64,000 nt of DNA from an uncultured delta proteobacterium (GTDB taxonomy: Bacteria > Myxococcota > Myxococcia > Myxococcales > Anaeromyxobacteraceae): contig CAWFDF010000012.1 of the NCBI GenBank assembly GCA_963814585.1, positions 64,001-128,000 of the forward strand, in the 5' to 3' direction. Below the pieces are notes generated by a model. It saw only the letters and a program-made list of their open reading frames with translations. It was not told the origin of the DNA and ran no database searches. A program made the position numbers and the translations under genes. Shown here piece after piece: positions 42,677 to 52,901 of this stretch. How positions within the stretch are numbered: position 1 is the first letter of the stretch; every line of letters begins with the position of its first letter.

Positions 42677-43816
42677 GTGATCGCAGAACGAGTCCTCATC
42701 GTCGACGACGACGAACTGATCCTCAAGGCCCTGGCGCGCATCCTCGAGAGCGTCGGCTACGAGGCGCGCTGCTACCAGGATCCGCTGATCGCCCTCGCCA
42801 ACATCGAGGTCGACCGGCCGGTGGTGGTGATCAGCGACTTCATGATGCCGGGCCTCGACGGCATCGCCTTCCTCAAGCAGACCAGGGAGCGGGCTCCCGG
42901 GGCCGTCCGCATCCTCTGCACCGCCGCGGAGGACTTCCGGGTGGCGCTGCAGGCGGTCAACGCCGGCGAGGTCTTCCGCATCATCTCCAAGCCCTGGCAC
43001 CAGCAGGAGCTGGTGGCCACCGTCAACCAGGCCGCCGAGGCCGCCCGGCTGCGCAGCGAGAACGAGTGGCTGACCAACGAGGTGCAGCGCCAGAACGGCC
43101 AGCTCCGGGAGATGAACCAGAAGCTGGAGGAGATGGTCCGGCATCGCACCCAGGCCCTGCTGGAGGGGCTCATCGCCGCGCTCGACTACCGCGACGCCGA
43201 GACCCAGTGGCACTCCCGCCGCGTCTCGCTCTACGCCCGGCGGCTGGCCCAGGCCCTCGGGCTGGGCGAGCCGGAGCTCACCGTCATCGAGCACGGCGCG
43301 CTGCTGCACGACATCGGCAAGATCGGGGTTCGCGATCGGGTCCTGCTCAAGGCGGGCCCGCTCGACACCGCCGAGTGGGGCGAGATGAAGCGGCACCCCG
43401 AGCTCGGCTGGGCGCTGCTGCAGCGTGTGGACTACCTCCGCCCGGCGTCGCAGATCGTCCTGCAGCACCAGGAGAAATGGGACGGCACCGGCTACCCGAG
43501 CGGCCTGCACGGCGAGCAGATCGTCATCGGGGCCCGCATCTTCCACGTGGTCGACACGCTCGACGCCATCACCAGCGACCGGCCCTACCGCAAGGCCCGC
43601 CCCTTCGTGGATGCGCGCGCCGAGATCGAGCGCTGCTCCGGGACGCAGTTCGATCCCAGGGTCGCCGAGGGGTTCCTCAAGGTGAACGCCGACGAGTGGG
43701 AGCGGATCCGGCTCGACGTCGAGACGGTGGCGGTGCTGGCCGCCGACCTGGAGGACTCGCCGCGGACCGAGGGCGAGGGCCAGCTCGATCCGCTGCGAAA
43801 GGCGCTGCGGAACTAG
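42677..43816 (+). CDS. REC + HD-GYP phosphodiesterase
   Basis: IVDDD/SDFMMP/KP receiver; HDIGK; HQEKWDGTGYP; DRPYR. Confidence 0.92.
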   Translation: MIAERVLIVDDDELILKALARILESVGYEARCYQDPLIALANIEVDRPVVVISDFMMPGLDGIAFLKQTRERAPGAVRILCTAAEDFRVALQAVNAGEVFRIISKPWHQQELVATVNQAAEAARLRSENEWLTNEVQRQNGQLREMNQKLEEMVRHRTQALLEGLIAALDYRDAETQWHSRRVSLYARRLAQALGLGEPELTVIEHGALLHDIGKIGVRDRVLLKAGPLDTAEWGEMKRHPELGWALLQRVDYLRPASQIVLQHQEKWDGTGYPSGLHGEQIVIGARIFHVVDTLDAITSDRPYRKARPFVDARAEIERCSGTQFDPRVAEGFLKVNADEWERIRLDVETVAVLAADLEDSPRTEGEGQLDPLRKALRN

Positions 43817-43829
43817 GGTCGGGGCGGCC

Positions 43830-44795
43830 CTAGCCTCCTTCCCGGGGCGGGGTCCCCGGGTCGCCGGCCTGCCAGGCCCGCTCCCGGGCCTCCTCGGCCG
43901 GGAAGCGCTCCGCCAGCAGGGCCGGCAGGTCCCCGGCCCCGGGCCCGGCCGCGAACGGCCGCAGCGCCTCGGCCAGCTCCCCGGCGCCGGCGAAGCGCTG
44001 GGCCGGCTCACGAGCCAGGGCTCGCAGCACCACCTCGTCGAGCGCCTTCGGCACGCCGGGGTTCACCCGCGAGGGGGCGCCCACGTCGGCGGTCCGCACC
44101 CGCTCCAGCACGGCCAGGTCGGACGGCCCGCGGAAGAGCCGCTCCCCGGTGAGCGCCTCGTGGAGCACGGCGCCGAGCGAAAAGACGTCGGCCCTCCGAT
44201 CGACCGGGAGGCCGCGCACCTGCTCCGGCGAGAGGTAGCCGAACTTGCCTCGCAGCGCCGTCCCCTCGCGGCGGGCGCGGAAGGCGGCGCTGGCCACGCC
44301 GAAGTCGATGACGTGGACGCCGCCGTCGAAGCCGAGCAGCACGTTGGCGGGCGAAAGGTCCCGGTGCACCACCTGGAGCGGCGTGCCGTCCTGCGCCCGG
44401 CCGCGGTGGGCATGGTCGAGCGCCTCGGCCACCCGGAGCCCGATCCCGCAGGTGATCGTCACGGGGAGCCGCTGCCCCAGCCGACGCTGCTGGCCGAGCA
44501 GGGCGCGCAGGTCCACCCCGGGGACGTAGTCCATGGCCAGGTAGTAACCGCCCGGCTCCCGCCCCAGGTCGTGGACCGGCACGATGCCCGGGTGGTCGAG
44601 CTGGGCCCCGATGCGCGCCTCGTCGAGGAACAGGGTGACGAAGGCCGGGTCGTCGGCCAGGGTGGGGAGGAGCCGCTTCACCACCAGCCGCCGGCGGGGA
44701 GCCTCCGGCCGCACCGCCAGCCAGATCTCCGCCATGCCGCCGACGGCGATCCGCTCCAGCAGCAGGTACTTGCCGAACGAGGTGGGTTCTCGCAT
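43830..44795 (-). CDS. Hanks-type Ser/Thr kinase (catalytic domain only)
   Basis: GGMAEI, VVKR, HRDLSPAN, DFG, YLSPEQ. Confidence 0.9.
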   Translation of the reverse strand: MREPTSFGKYLLLERIAVGGMAEIWLAVRPEAPRRRLVVKRLLPTLADDPAFVTLFLDEARIGAQLDHPGIVPVHDLGREPGGYYLAMDYVPGVDLRALLGQQRRLGQRLPVTITCGIGLRVAEALDHAHRGRAQDGTPLQVVHRDLSPANVLLGFDGGVHVIDFGVASAAFRARREGTALRGKFGYLSPEQVRGLPVDRRADVFSLGAVLHEALTGERLFRGPSDLAVLERVRTADVGAPSRVNPGVPKALDEVVLRALAREPAQRFAGAGELAEALRPFAAGPGAGDLPALLAERFPAEEARERAWQAGDPGTPPREGG

Positions 44796-44830
44796 TGCCG
44801 CCGGCGCCCCGGCCGATTCATGATACCGCC

Positions 44831-45175
44831 ATGGCCACCTCCTGCTACGGCTGCGGCGCCACCCTCGCCTTCGACGGCCCGATCGGGCGCCGCACCACCT
44901 GCCCCGAGTGCGACGCCGATCTCCACCGCTGCATCAACTGCCGCCACCACGACGAGTCGGCCGGGAACGAATGCCGCGAGCCGCACGCCGACCGGATCGT
45001 CGACAAGCTCGCCTCCAACCCGTGCGACCTGTTCCAGCTCGGCGACGGCGCGCCCCGGCGGCGCAAGTCCTCCCGCCAGGCCAAGGACGCGCTGCGGGCC
45101 CTGTTCGGGGAGGCCCCGGCCAGCGGCGACGACGACCCGCGCGACGCGCTGGACGCGCTGTTCCGGAAGAAGTGA
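44831..45175 (+). CDS. Small Cys-rich hypothetical protein
   Basis: CYGC, CPEC, CINC, CRE, CDLF; ends ALFRKK. Confidence 0.78.
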   Translation: MATSCYGCGATLAFDGPIGRRTTCPECDADLHRCINCRHHDESAGNECREPHADRIVDKLASNPCDLFQLGDGAPRRRKSSRQAKDALRALFGEAPASGDDDPRDALDALFRKK

Positions 45176-45202
45176 GCCCCGTCGCGTGTTAAGGACATCA
45201 CC

Positions 45203-45955
45203 ATGCCCTTCGAGCCCAAGCCCCGGACCCGCCCGCCGTTCCCCATCACGGTCACCGCCCAGCCCCCGGCCTACGCCACCGGCGCCACCGGCGCGGTGGA
45301 CGCCGAGCGCGCCTTCATCGGTGCGGTCTACCGGTGGATGGCGCTCGGCCTGCTGACCACGGCCGGCGTCGCCTTCGGTGTCGCCACCACCCCGACGCTG
45401 CTGGAGGTGGTGGTCACCAACCGCTGGGTATTCTACGGGCTCATGATCGCCCAGTTCGGGGTAGTCATCGCGCTCTCGGCGATGCTGCCGCGCCTCTCCC
45501 GCGCCGCCGCGGGCGGCCTCTTCCTGCTCTACTCGGCGCTGACCGGCATGACCTTCTCGGTCCTGCTGCTCGTCTACACCGGCGACTCGGTGGCGCTGGC
45601 CTTCGGGATCACCGCCGGCACCTTCGCCGCCATGAGCGTCTACGGCACCGTGACCCGGCGCGACCTGACCAGCTGGAGCTCGTTCCTGATGATGGGACTC
45701 TTCGGCGTGGTCATCGCCGGGCTCGTCAACGTGTTCCTGCAGAGCTCGGCCATGCAGTTCGTCCTCTCCTGCGCCGCGGTGGTGGTCTTCACCGGCCTGA
45801 CCGCCTACGACACCCAGAAGCTCCGCGCCTACGCCCGGGCTGGCGGCGCCACCACGGCCGGCGCCCCGATCTCCGGCGCGCTCTCCCTCTACCTCGACTT
45901 CATCAACCTGTTCCTGGCGGTGCTCCAGCTGCTGGGTGGGCGTCGCCGGGACTGA
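45203..45955 (+). CDS. Bax inhibitor-1/YccA family membrane protein
   Basis: VYRWM, TAYDTQ, LYLDFINLF. Confidence 0.9.
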   Translation: MPFEPKPRTRPPFPITVTAQPPAYATGATGAVDAERAFIGAVYRWMALGLLTTAGVAFGVATTPTLLEVVVTNRWVFYGLMIAQFGVVIALSAMLPRLSRAAAGGLFLLYSALTGMTFSVLLLVYTGDSVALAFGITAGTFAAMSVYGTVTRRDLTSWSSFLMMGLFGVVIAGLVNVFLQSSAMQFVLSCAAVVVFTGLTAYDTQKLRAYARAGGATTAGAPISGALSLYLDFINLFLAVLQLLGGRRRD

Positions 45956-46032
45956 GCCCCCGCGGGGCACCCGGGTCCGCGTCGCCGCCCGCCCGTGCTG
46001 CGAGCCGGGCCGGGCGAGGGTGGGCCAGGACC

Positions 46033-46557
46033 CTACCCCCCGTCGGATCCGGGCTCGTCGGCCTCGCCCTCCTCGAGGTCGGGCCCGGGCGGCAGGCCGG
46101 CCAGGGCCTTCTTGATGTACGCCTGGTGCTGCAGCTCCTCGGCCTTGAGCTCCTCGAAGATCGCCCTCACCCGCGGATCCTTGACGTGCTGGAGGGCCCC
46201 AGCGAAGAAGTCATGGGCCTTCTCCTCGGACTCGAGCGCCACGCTGAAGGCCTGCCTGGGCCCCATGAAGACTCGCGGCTTGCCGCGGTCGGGCGCCTCG
46301 ACGTCCTCGAACCAGGAGCGGTCCACCCGCCGGGGAGCGTCCTTGAAGAGCTCGCGCCGGCGCGCCACCAGCTCGGCGTGGTGCTTGGCCTCGCTCTCGG
46401 CCATGGTGCGGAAGACGTCCGACGCGTCACCCTGGTAGCGGCCTCCGACCAGCTTCTGGAACTCCCGGTAGCGCTCCTGGGCCTCCTCCTCGATGAGGAT
46501 GGCGAGGTCCAGGGCGTCCTGCGGACTCAGCGAGGCGAAGTCGATACTCCGGGTCAT
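46033..46557 (-). CDS. Ferritin-like (rubrerythrin-fold) di-iron protein
   Basis: IEEEA, ExxH motifs (EAKH, ELQH); no rubredoxin domain. Confidence 0.85.
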   Translation of the reverse strand: MTRSIDFASLSPQDALDLAILIEEEAQERYREFQKLVGGRYQGDASDVFRTMAESEAKHHAELVARRRELFKDAPRRVDRSWFEDVEAPDRGKPRVFMGPRQAFSVALESEEKAHDFFAGALQHVKDPRVRAIFEELKAEELQHQAYIKKALAGLPPGPDLEEGEADEPGSDGG

Positions 46558-46637
46558 GGCCGTCCTTTCGGGTTGCAGTCCGACGATCCCGCTCGGGCGT
46601 CGGCTGATGTGAGATCCAAGTTGCGTCTAACGGCGTC

Positions 46638-46651
46638 CTGATGCCAGTCAA
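46638..46651. promoter_or_regulatory. FNR/Crp-like box
   Basis: CTGAT-GCCA-GTCAA, 8/10 match to TTGAT-N4-ATCAA, between divergent genes. Confidence 0.5.
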
Positions 46652-46768
46652 ATGTTTCTCTCCAGGACGGTCCCAGCGGAACGTGCTGCACCGCGCCGTG
46701 ATTCGGTGCCACAATGGCCGGGCCGTCCGGCCGGCAGCGCCCCGAGCGGGTCCACCGGCGGCGACGCC

Positions 46769-48046
46769 ATGGCCCACCACCACTCGCGCTCCGTCTACGA
46801 CCGGCTCACCGAGCGACTCAACCGCTTCCCGCAGGGCGCACCCGCGTCGGAGCACCTCTTCCGCATCCTCTCCATCCTCTTCAGCGAGCGCGAGGCGGCG
46901 CTGGTGGCGGTGCTGCCCATCAAGCCGTTCTCGGTGGCCCGGGCCGCCGCCATCTGGAAGGTCGGCGAGGCCGAGGCCGGCGGCGTGCTCGACGCCCTCG
47001 CCTCGCGGGCGCTGCTGGTGGACATGGAGACTCCGGAGGGGCGGCAGTTCGTCCTGCCGCCGCCCATGGCCGGCTTCTTCGAGTTCTCGATGATGCGGGT
47101 GCGCGCCGACATCGACCAGGCGGCGCTGGCCGAGCTCTTCTACCAGTACCTCAACGTCGAGGAGGACTTCGTCCGCGCCCTCTTCGCCGGCGGCCAGACC
47201 CAGCTCGGGCGCGCCTTCGTCGCCGAGCCGGTCCTCTCGCCGGAGAACGCCCTCCACGTCCTCGGCTTCGAGCGGGCCACCGAGGTGGTCCGGACGGCGA
47301 CGCACCGGGGCATCAGCCGCTGCTACTGCCGCCACAAGATGGAGCACGTGGGCCGCGCCTGCGCCGCGCCGCAGGACATCTGCATGACCTTCAACACCTC
47401 GGCCCGCTCGCTCATCAAGCACGGCCACGCGCGGCCCATCGACGTGGCGGAGGGGCTCGACCTCCTGCAGCAGGCCCAGGAGCATGGCCTGGTCCAGTTC
47501 GGCGAGAACGTGCGCGAGTCGGTCAACTTCATCTGCAACTGCTGCGGCTGCTGCTGCGAGGCCATGATCGCGGCGCGGCGCTTCGCCGCCGCCCACCCCA
47601 TCCACACCACGCCCTTCCTGGCGGTGGTGGAGGAGGCCGCCTGCACCGGCTGCGAGCGGTGCGTGCGGGCCTGCCCGGTCGAGGCCCTCGCCGCGGTCTC
47701 GGCCAACGACCCGAGGCAGCCGAGGCGGACGGTGGCGCGGCTCGACGCCGAGCGCTGCCTCGGCTGCGGGGTCTGCGTACGGTCCTGCCGCCCCGCGGCG
47801 CTCCGCCTCGAGGCGCGACCCGAGCGGACGCTGACGCCGGTCAACGGCGCCCACCGGGCGGTCCTCATGGCCATCGAACGCGGGAAGCTCCAGGACCTCG
47901 TCTTCGACAACCGCCTGCTCTGGAGCCACCGCGCGCTGGCCACCTTCCTCGGCGCCGTCCTGAAGCTGCCGCCGGCCAGGCGGCTGCTCGCCTCCGAGCA
48001 GGTGCGCTCCCGCTACCTGGAGGCGCTGGTCCGCCGGCTCGCCTGA
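46769..48046 (+). CDS. 4Fe-4S dicluster protein with CxC/CNCCGCCC cluster region
   Basis: CYCRH, CNCCGCCC, CTGCERCVRACP, CLGCGVCVRSC. Confidence 0.85.
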   Translation: MAHHHSRSVYDRLTERLNRFPQGAPASEHLFRILSILFSEREAALVAVLPIKPFSVARAAAIWKVGEAEAGGVLDALASRALLVDMETPEGRQFVLPPPMAGFFEFSMMRVRADIDQAALAELFYQYLNVEEDFVRALFAGGQTQLGRAFVAEPVLSPENALHVLGFERATEVVRTATHRGISRCYCRHKMEHVGRACAAPQDICMTFNTSARSLIKHGHARPIDVAEGLDLLQQAQEHGLVQFGENVRESVNFICNCCGCCCEAMIAARRFAAAHPIHTTPFLAVVEEAACTGCERCVRACPVEALAAVSANDPRQPRRTVARLDAERCLGCGVCVRSCRPAALRLEARPERTLTPVNGAHRAVLMAIERGKLQDLVFDNRLLWSHRALATFLGAVLKLPPARRLLASEQVRSRYLEALVRRLA

Positions 48047-48056
48047 CCCGGCTTCC

Positions 48057-49556
48057 TCAGCCGTGCAGCTGGTAGGCCGTGACCAGGCTCTGCTGCAGCC
48101 GGTCCGCCTGGCGCAGGGCCTCCCGGAGCACCTTCCGGTCGAGCTCGTTGAGCTCGCGCGGGAAGATGCGGTTCGGCCCCAGCTCCGGGCGCCGCGGGCC
48201 GATCTGGTTTCGCAGCCGCAGCATGTGGAGGAAGTGGAAGGCGTCGACCAGGCCGCCCACCCGCTCGGCGCCGAAGAAGCCGAGCTCGGCCACGGCCCTG
48301 AGCCGCTCCGCCGTGCTGGTGTGCGGGACTCGCCACGCCAGCCCGAGGACGCGGGCCGCGTCCGTGAACAGCCGCGACCCCGTCAGCTTGAGATCGATGG
48401 AGCGCCGGGGCGCCGAGGTCCCGTCGGAGCTGAAGCCGCCGAAGAGACCGAGGGGCGGCCGGACCCCCAGGGCGGTCTCCGCCAGCACCCGCAGGAAGAC
48501 GGTGCGCTCCGCGACCTTGGACAGCACCCACTCCCGCAGCCGCTCTGCCAGGGCGAACTGGCCGTAGACCGGGCGGAAGTCGAGGAAGGTGCAGGCGTGC
48601 ACCAGGGCGTCGGGCTCGGGCACCTCGATCCAGCCCGAGAAGGCGCCCCGCCACTCCGCCGGCGTCAGGCACCAGCGCGGGTTCCCGGCCATGTAGTTCC
48701 CCGTGCAGAGCGGGAAGCCGCAGGCGTCGAGCTTCTGGTTCACGGCCCTGGCGAACGAGACGAAGGCCTGGCGCAGGCCCTCGGCGTCGCCCTCGGGGGC
48801 ATCGAAGATGATGGCGTTGTCCTGGTCGGTGCTGAAGGTCTGCTCCATGCGCCCCTCGGCGCCGAGGGCCAGCCAGCACCACGGGACGCCTGGCAGGTCC
48901 TGCTCGTCGGCGGTGGTCTCGAGGACGCGGATGGTGAGCAGGTCGTTCAGGGTGGTGACGAAGTGGATGATGGTCTCGGTGCTGGTGCCCTGGGCGAGCA
49001 GGCCGTCGGCCAGCGCGCGGATGCCGGCCGCGGCCGCCTGGAGCCCGTCCAGCTCCCGGGCGCCCTGGATCTGCTCGCTCACCCGATCGACGCCGACCCG
49101 CTGCAGCCCGAACAGCTCGTCACGCGACACCAGCCCGAAGAGGTGGCCCGCGGCGTCCACCACCACCAGGTGGCGCTCCCCGAGCCTCGCCATGGTGAGG
49201 GCCGCCTGGTGGGCCGTGGTGCCGGGAGCGAGCATGACCAGGCCGCTGGTCATGACGCCGGCGACGGGCTGGGCCAGGTCCTCCCCCGGCAGCACCACCC
49301 GCTGCACCAGGTCGCGGGTGGTGAAGATCCCGAGCGGCAACCTCGACTCCGGCTCGGTCACCACCACCGCATCGACGTGCTGCCGTTCCATGGCCTCCAG
49401 GGTCTCCCGGACGGTGGCCTGGAGCGGCACGGTGGCCGGCGCGCGGCGCACGATGGCCGAGAGGGGGCTGTACATGGTGAGCGCCGTCCGCCGCCAGCCG
49501 GCCGTCCCGGTGGGCACGGCGTCACCGCCGCTCGAGGGCATGGGGTCTCCCTTCAC
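48057..49556 (-). CDS. CBS + DUF294 nucleotidyltransferase-like + DUF294_C protein
   Basis: CBS pair, GAEGRMEQTFSTDQDN, YMAGNP, FLDFR, IDLK; start GTG 49556 or ATG 49541. Confidence 0.85.
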   Translation of the reverse strand: MKGDPMPSSGGDAVPTGTAGWRRTALTMYSPLSAIVRRAPATVPLQATVRETLEAMERQHVDAVVVTEPESRLPLGIFTTRDLVQRVVLPGEDLAQPVAGVMTSGLVMLAPGTTAHQAALTMARLGERHLVVVDAAGHLFGLVSRDELFGLQRVGVDRVSEQIQGARELDGLQAAAAGIRALADGLLAQGTSTETIIHFVTTLNDLLTIRVLETTADEQDLPGVPWCWLALGAEGRMEQTFSTDQDNAIIFDAPEGDAEGLRQAFVSFARAVNQKLDACGFPLCTGNYMAGNPRWCLTPAEWRGAFSGWIEVPEPDALVHACTFLDFRPVYGQFALAERLREWVLSKVAERTVFLRVLAETALGVRPPLGLFGGFSSDGTSAPRRSIDLKLTGSRLFTDAARVLGLAWRVPHTSTAERLRAVAELGFFGAERVGGLVDAFHFLHMLRLRNQIGPRRPELGPNRIFPRELNELDRKVLREALRQADRLQQSLVTAYQLHG

Positions 49557-49921
49557 GGCGCGAGCAGCCGCCGGATCTCGGCGATCAGCTCCTTGGTGGA
49601 GAACGGCTTGCTGACGTAGGCATCGGCGCCCAGCTGGAGACCCCGCGCCCGCTCGGTCTCCCGTCCCCTCGCCGTGAGCATGATCACGCGCACCCGGCTC
49701 CAGCGCGGCTCGGCGCGGATGCGCTGGCAGACGTCGAAGCCGTTCAGCTTCGGCATCATGACGTCGAGGAGGACCAGGTCGGCCGGCCGCTCGGCCAGGG
49801 CGGCCAGGGCCGCCTCGCCGTCACCGGCCACCTCCACCTCGAAGCCCTCCCGGCGAAGCAGGAACTCCAGCGAGAGGACGATGTTGGGCTCGTCGTCGAC
49901 GATGAGGATTCGGCTGGCCAT
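49553..49921 (-). CDS. Stand-alone response regulator receiver
   Basis: IVDDE, LLDVMMP, MLTA, KPF. Confidence 0.92.
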   Translation of the reverse strand: MASRILIVDDEPNIVLSLEFLLRREGFEVEVAGDGEAALAALAERPADLVLLDVMMPKLNGFDVCQRIRAEPRWSRVRVIMLTARGRETERARGLQLGADAYVSKPFSTKELIAEIRRLLAP

Positions 49922-49932
49922 GATGCTCCTTT

Positions 49933-52704
49933 CTACTCGATTCCCGGCGCCTCGTTCCCGGCGGCCGCCCGGTCCGGCTCGACGGGGAGGACGAAGGAGA
50001 AGGTGGCCCCCTGGCCCGGCTCGCTCTCCACCCAGAGCCGGCCGCCGAAGTGCTCGATGATCCCCCGGCTGATGGGCAGCCCGAGGCCGGTGCCGCGCGG
50101 CTTGCCGGTGAGGGTGTCGCCCACCTGGCGGAACTTCTCGAAGATGATCTCGTGGTCGGCCCGATCGATGCCAGGCCCGTCGTCCTTCACGTCCAGGCGG
50201 GCCAGCCCGTCGCTGGACGCCAGCCGGATCTCGACCCGACCGGTCCCCGGCGAGCAGAACTTCACGGCGTTGGAGAGGAGGTTGATGAGGACCTGCATGA
50301 GCCGGTCGCGATCGGCCCGCACTCGCGGCGCCGGCCCGGAGAGCGAGACGGTCAGGGCCACCCCGGCCTCGCGGAAGAGCTGGCCGGTGGCCTCCGCCGC
50401 CGCGCCGATGACCTCGTGCAGGTCGAGCACGTCGGCGCGCCACTCGGCCCGGCCCGACTCGATCTTGGCCATGTCGAGCATCTGGTTGATGAGCCGGGTC
50501 AGGCGCTCGGTCTCCTTGACGATGATGGAGAGGAAGCGCGTCCGCTCGGCCAGGTTGGTGCGCGGATCCTCCAGCAGGATCTCGGAGAAGGCCCGGATGG
50601 AGGTGAGGGGCGTGCGCAGCTCATGGGTCACGGTGGAGACGAAGTCGTCCTTCATCCGGTCGAGCTCCTGGAGCCGATCGTTGGCGGCCCGCAGCTCGGC
50701 GGTGGCCGCCTCCAGCTGGCGCGACTTCTCCTCCAGCTCGTGGCTGTGGGCTCGCACGTGCGAGGCCTCGTCGAGGATGTCCATCACCTCGTCCAGCCCC
50801 GGCGGCTCCTCCTGCACCACCGACGCCACCACCACCCGCGCCGAGGCGCTCCCGATGGCTCCGGCCAGCTGGGTCTCGGCGAAGTCGACCAGCCCGGCGT
50901 CGGCCGGCAGCGCCTCCGGCGACGAGGCGCCGCGCCGCCGGGCGTAGGCGGCGAAGGCCTCGCGAGTCCGCTCCGGCCCGAGGAAGCGGCCCAGCAGGGG
51001 GAGCAGCTCCTGCGCCGAGGCGCTGCCGCGCCGTCGCCGGGAGCGGTCCGGCCCCTCGCCGCGGTGGCGGGCGTCGATGAAGAGGGCGGCCTGCGTGGTC
51101 TCGGCGTCACTCGGTCGCCCCGCCAGCGAGACCCCCACGTACATCGCCACGTTGGCGAGCATGCTCCAGAGCACGCCGTGCGTGATGGCGTCCATCCCGG
51201 AGAGCCCGAAGAGCTGCTGCGGGCGGAGCAGGTCCATCCCGAACGGCCCGTCGGTGAGGAAGCTGGCCGGGAGCCAGCCCGACCTGGCGAAGCTGGGCAG
51301 GAGCAGCGTGTAGGTCCAGACCGCGAAGCCGGCCACCAGGCCCGCGGCGGCGCCGGAGCGCGTGGCCCCGCTCCAGGAGAGGCCCCCCAGGATCGCGGGC
51401 GCGAACTGCGCGACGGCCGCGAAGGAGATGAGGCCGATGGCCACCAGGGCGTCGGCCTCCCCGGCGAGGCGGAAGTAGACGTAGGCGAGCAGCAGGATGG
51501 CGGCGATGGCCAGCCGCCGGATGCCGAGCAGGAGGCGGTACAGGTCCTGGCGCTCGCCGAGGCGCAGCCCAGGGAGCCGCAGCAGCACCGGCATGACCAG
51601 GTCGTTGCAGACCATGGTGGAGAGCGCGATGGTCTCCACGATCACCATGCCGGCGCCCGCGGAGAGCCCGCCGATGTAGGCCAGCAGCGCCAGGCCCTCG
51701 GCCCGCTCGGCCATGGGCACGGTGAGCACGAAGGTGTCGGCGTCCACGCCCCCCGCCGGGAAGCGCAGCAGGCCGCCCAGCGCGACCGGCAGCACGAAGA
51801 CGTTGATGAGGAGCAGGTAGAGCGGGAAGAGCCAGATGGCCTTGCCGACGTGGTCCTCGTCGACGTTCTCGACCACCGAGATCTGGAACTGGCGGGGCAG
51901 GAGGATGACCGAGAGCATCGAGAGGAAGGTGAGCGAGGCCCAGCCCCCGTAGCCGCCGCCGCCGCCGGGGGCGGCCAGGAGCGGCGCCAGGCGCGGCGCC
52001 TGGGCGGCTCGCCGGAAGATGTCGGCGAAGCCATCGAAGACGCCGAAGGTCACGAAGGCACCGACCGCCAGGAAGGCCACCAGCTTGACCAGCGACTCGA
52101 AGGCGATGGCGGCCACCATCCCCTCGTGGCGCTCGGTGGCGTCGAGGTGCCGGGTGCCGAAGAGCACGGTGAAGGCCGCCAGGGTGGCGGCGACGTAGAG
52201 GGCGCTGTCCTGCAGCACCGACCGGGCCACCGCGTTGGCCGGCATGACGATCTCCGGGAAGTGGAGCAGGATCGTGAAGCCGCTGGAGATGGCCTTGAGC
52301 TGGAGCGCGACGTAGGGGATGACGCCCACCACGGCGATGATGGTGACCAGCCCACCCAGCAGCTGGCTCTTGCCGTAGCGGGTGGCGACGAAGTCGGCGA
52401 TGGTGGTGATGCGCTGGGCCTTGCTGATGCGGATGATCTTCCGCATCACGAACCACCAGAGCGCCACCATCAGGGTCGGCCCGAGGTAGACGGGGAGGAA
52501 GCCGATGCCGCTGGTGGCGGCCCGTCCCACGCTGCCGTAGTAGGTCCAGGTGGTGCAGTAGACGGCCAGCGACAGCGCGTAGGTGTACGGGTTGGCGATG
52601 ACCGACCGGCCCGCCTCGGCGCGGCGATCGCCCCAGGAGGCGATGGCGAAGAGGACGCCGAGGTAGGCGAACGAGACGAGGACGATCACCCAGCCCTGCA
52701 GCAT
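49933..52704 (-). CDS. SLC5 (SSS)-STAC-histidine kinase, CrbS/CbrA family
   Basis: SLAVYCTTWT, PYVALQLK, LPRQF; AETQLAGAIGSASAR (STAC); HELRTP, NAVKF, GTGLG. Confidence 0.9.
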   Translation of the reverse strand: MLQGWVIVLVSFAYLGVLFAIASWGDRRAEAGRSVIANPYTYALSLAVYCTTWTYYGSVGRAATSGIGFLPVYLGPTLMVALWWFVMRKIIRISKAQRITTIADFVATRYGKSQLLGGLVTIIAVVGVIPYVALQLKAISSGFTILLHFPEIVMPANAVARSVLQDSALYVAATLAAFTVLFGTRHLDATERHEGMVAAIAFESLVKLVAFLAVGAFVTFGVFDGFADIFRRAAQAPRLAPLLAAPGGGGGYGGWASLTFLSMLSVILLPRQFQISVVENVDEDHVGKAIWLFPLYLLLINVFVLPVALGGLLRFPAGGVDADTFVLTVPMAERAEGLALLAYIGGLSAGAGMVIVETIALSTMVCNDLVMPVLLRLPGLRLGERQDLYRLLLGIRRLAIAAILLLAYVYFRLAGEADALVAIGLISFAAVAQFAPAILGGLSWSGATRSGAAAGLVAGFAVWTYTLLLPSFARSGWLPASFLTDGPFGMDLLRPQQLFGLSGMDAITHGVLWSMLANVAMYVGVSLAGRPSDAETTQAALFIDARHRGEGPDRSRRRRGSASAQELLPLLGRFLGPERTREAFAAYARRRGASSPEALPADAGLVDFAETQLAGAIGSASARVVVASVVQEEPPGLDEVMDILDEASHVRAHSHELEEKSRQLEAATAELRAANDRLQELDRMKDDFVSTVTHELRTPLTSIRAFSEILLEDPRTNLAERTRFLSIIVKETERLTRLINQMLDMAKIESGRAEWRADVLDLHEVIGAAAEATGQLFREAGVALTVSLSGPAPRVRADRDRLMQVLINLLSNAVKFCSPGTGRVEIRLASSDGLARLDVKDDGPGIDRADHEIIFEKFRQVGDTLTGKPRGTGLGLPISRGIIEHFGGRLWVESEPGQGATFSFVLPVEPDRAAAGNEAPGIE

Positions 52705-52722
52705 GCCGACGCTCCCCGCCTC

Positions 52723-52901
52723 AGTGCCCCGACCCAGCCACGCTGCCCGCGGCGAGAGCCGATCCTCTCACCGCGGCAGGCGGCCTCGTCGCTCCCCTGC
52801 CCAGCGTCCCGCTGCCACGCCTCCGCCGCTCCCTCCCCGGGCGCCGGCCTCGCTTCGGTCTCGGCGCCCTCGTCACGTCTTCTCACCCGGGTCGGGGCGT
52901 T
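52723..52901. mobile_element. MITE-like element, degenerate copy
   Basis: Gapless 150/179 match to 60552-60730; eroded TIRs. Confidence 0.75.
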
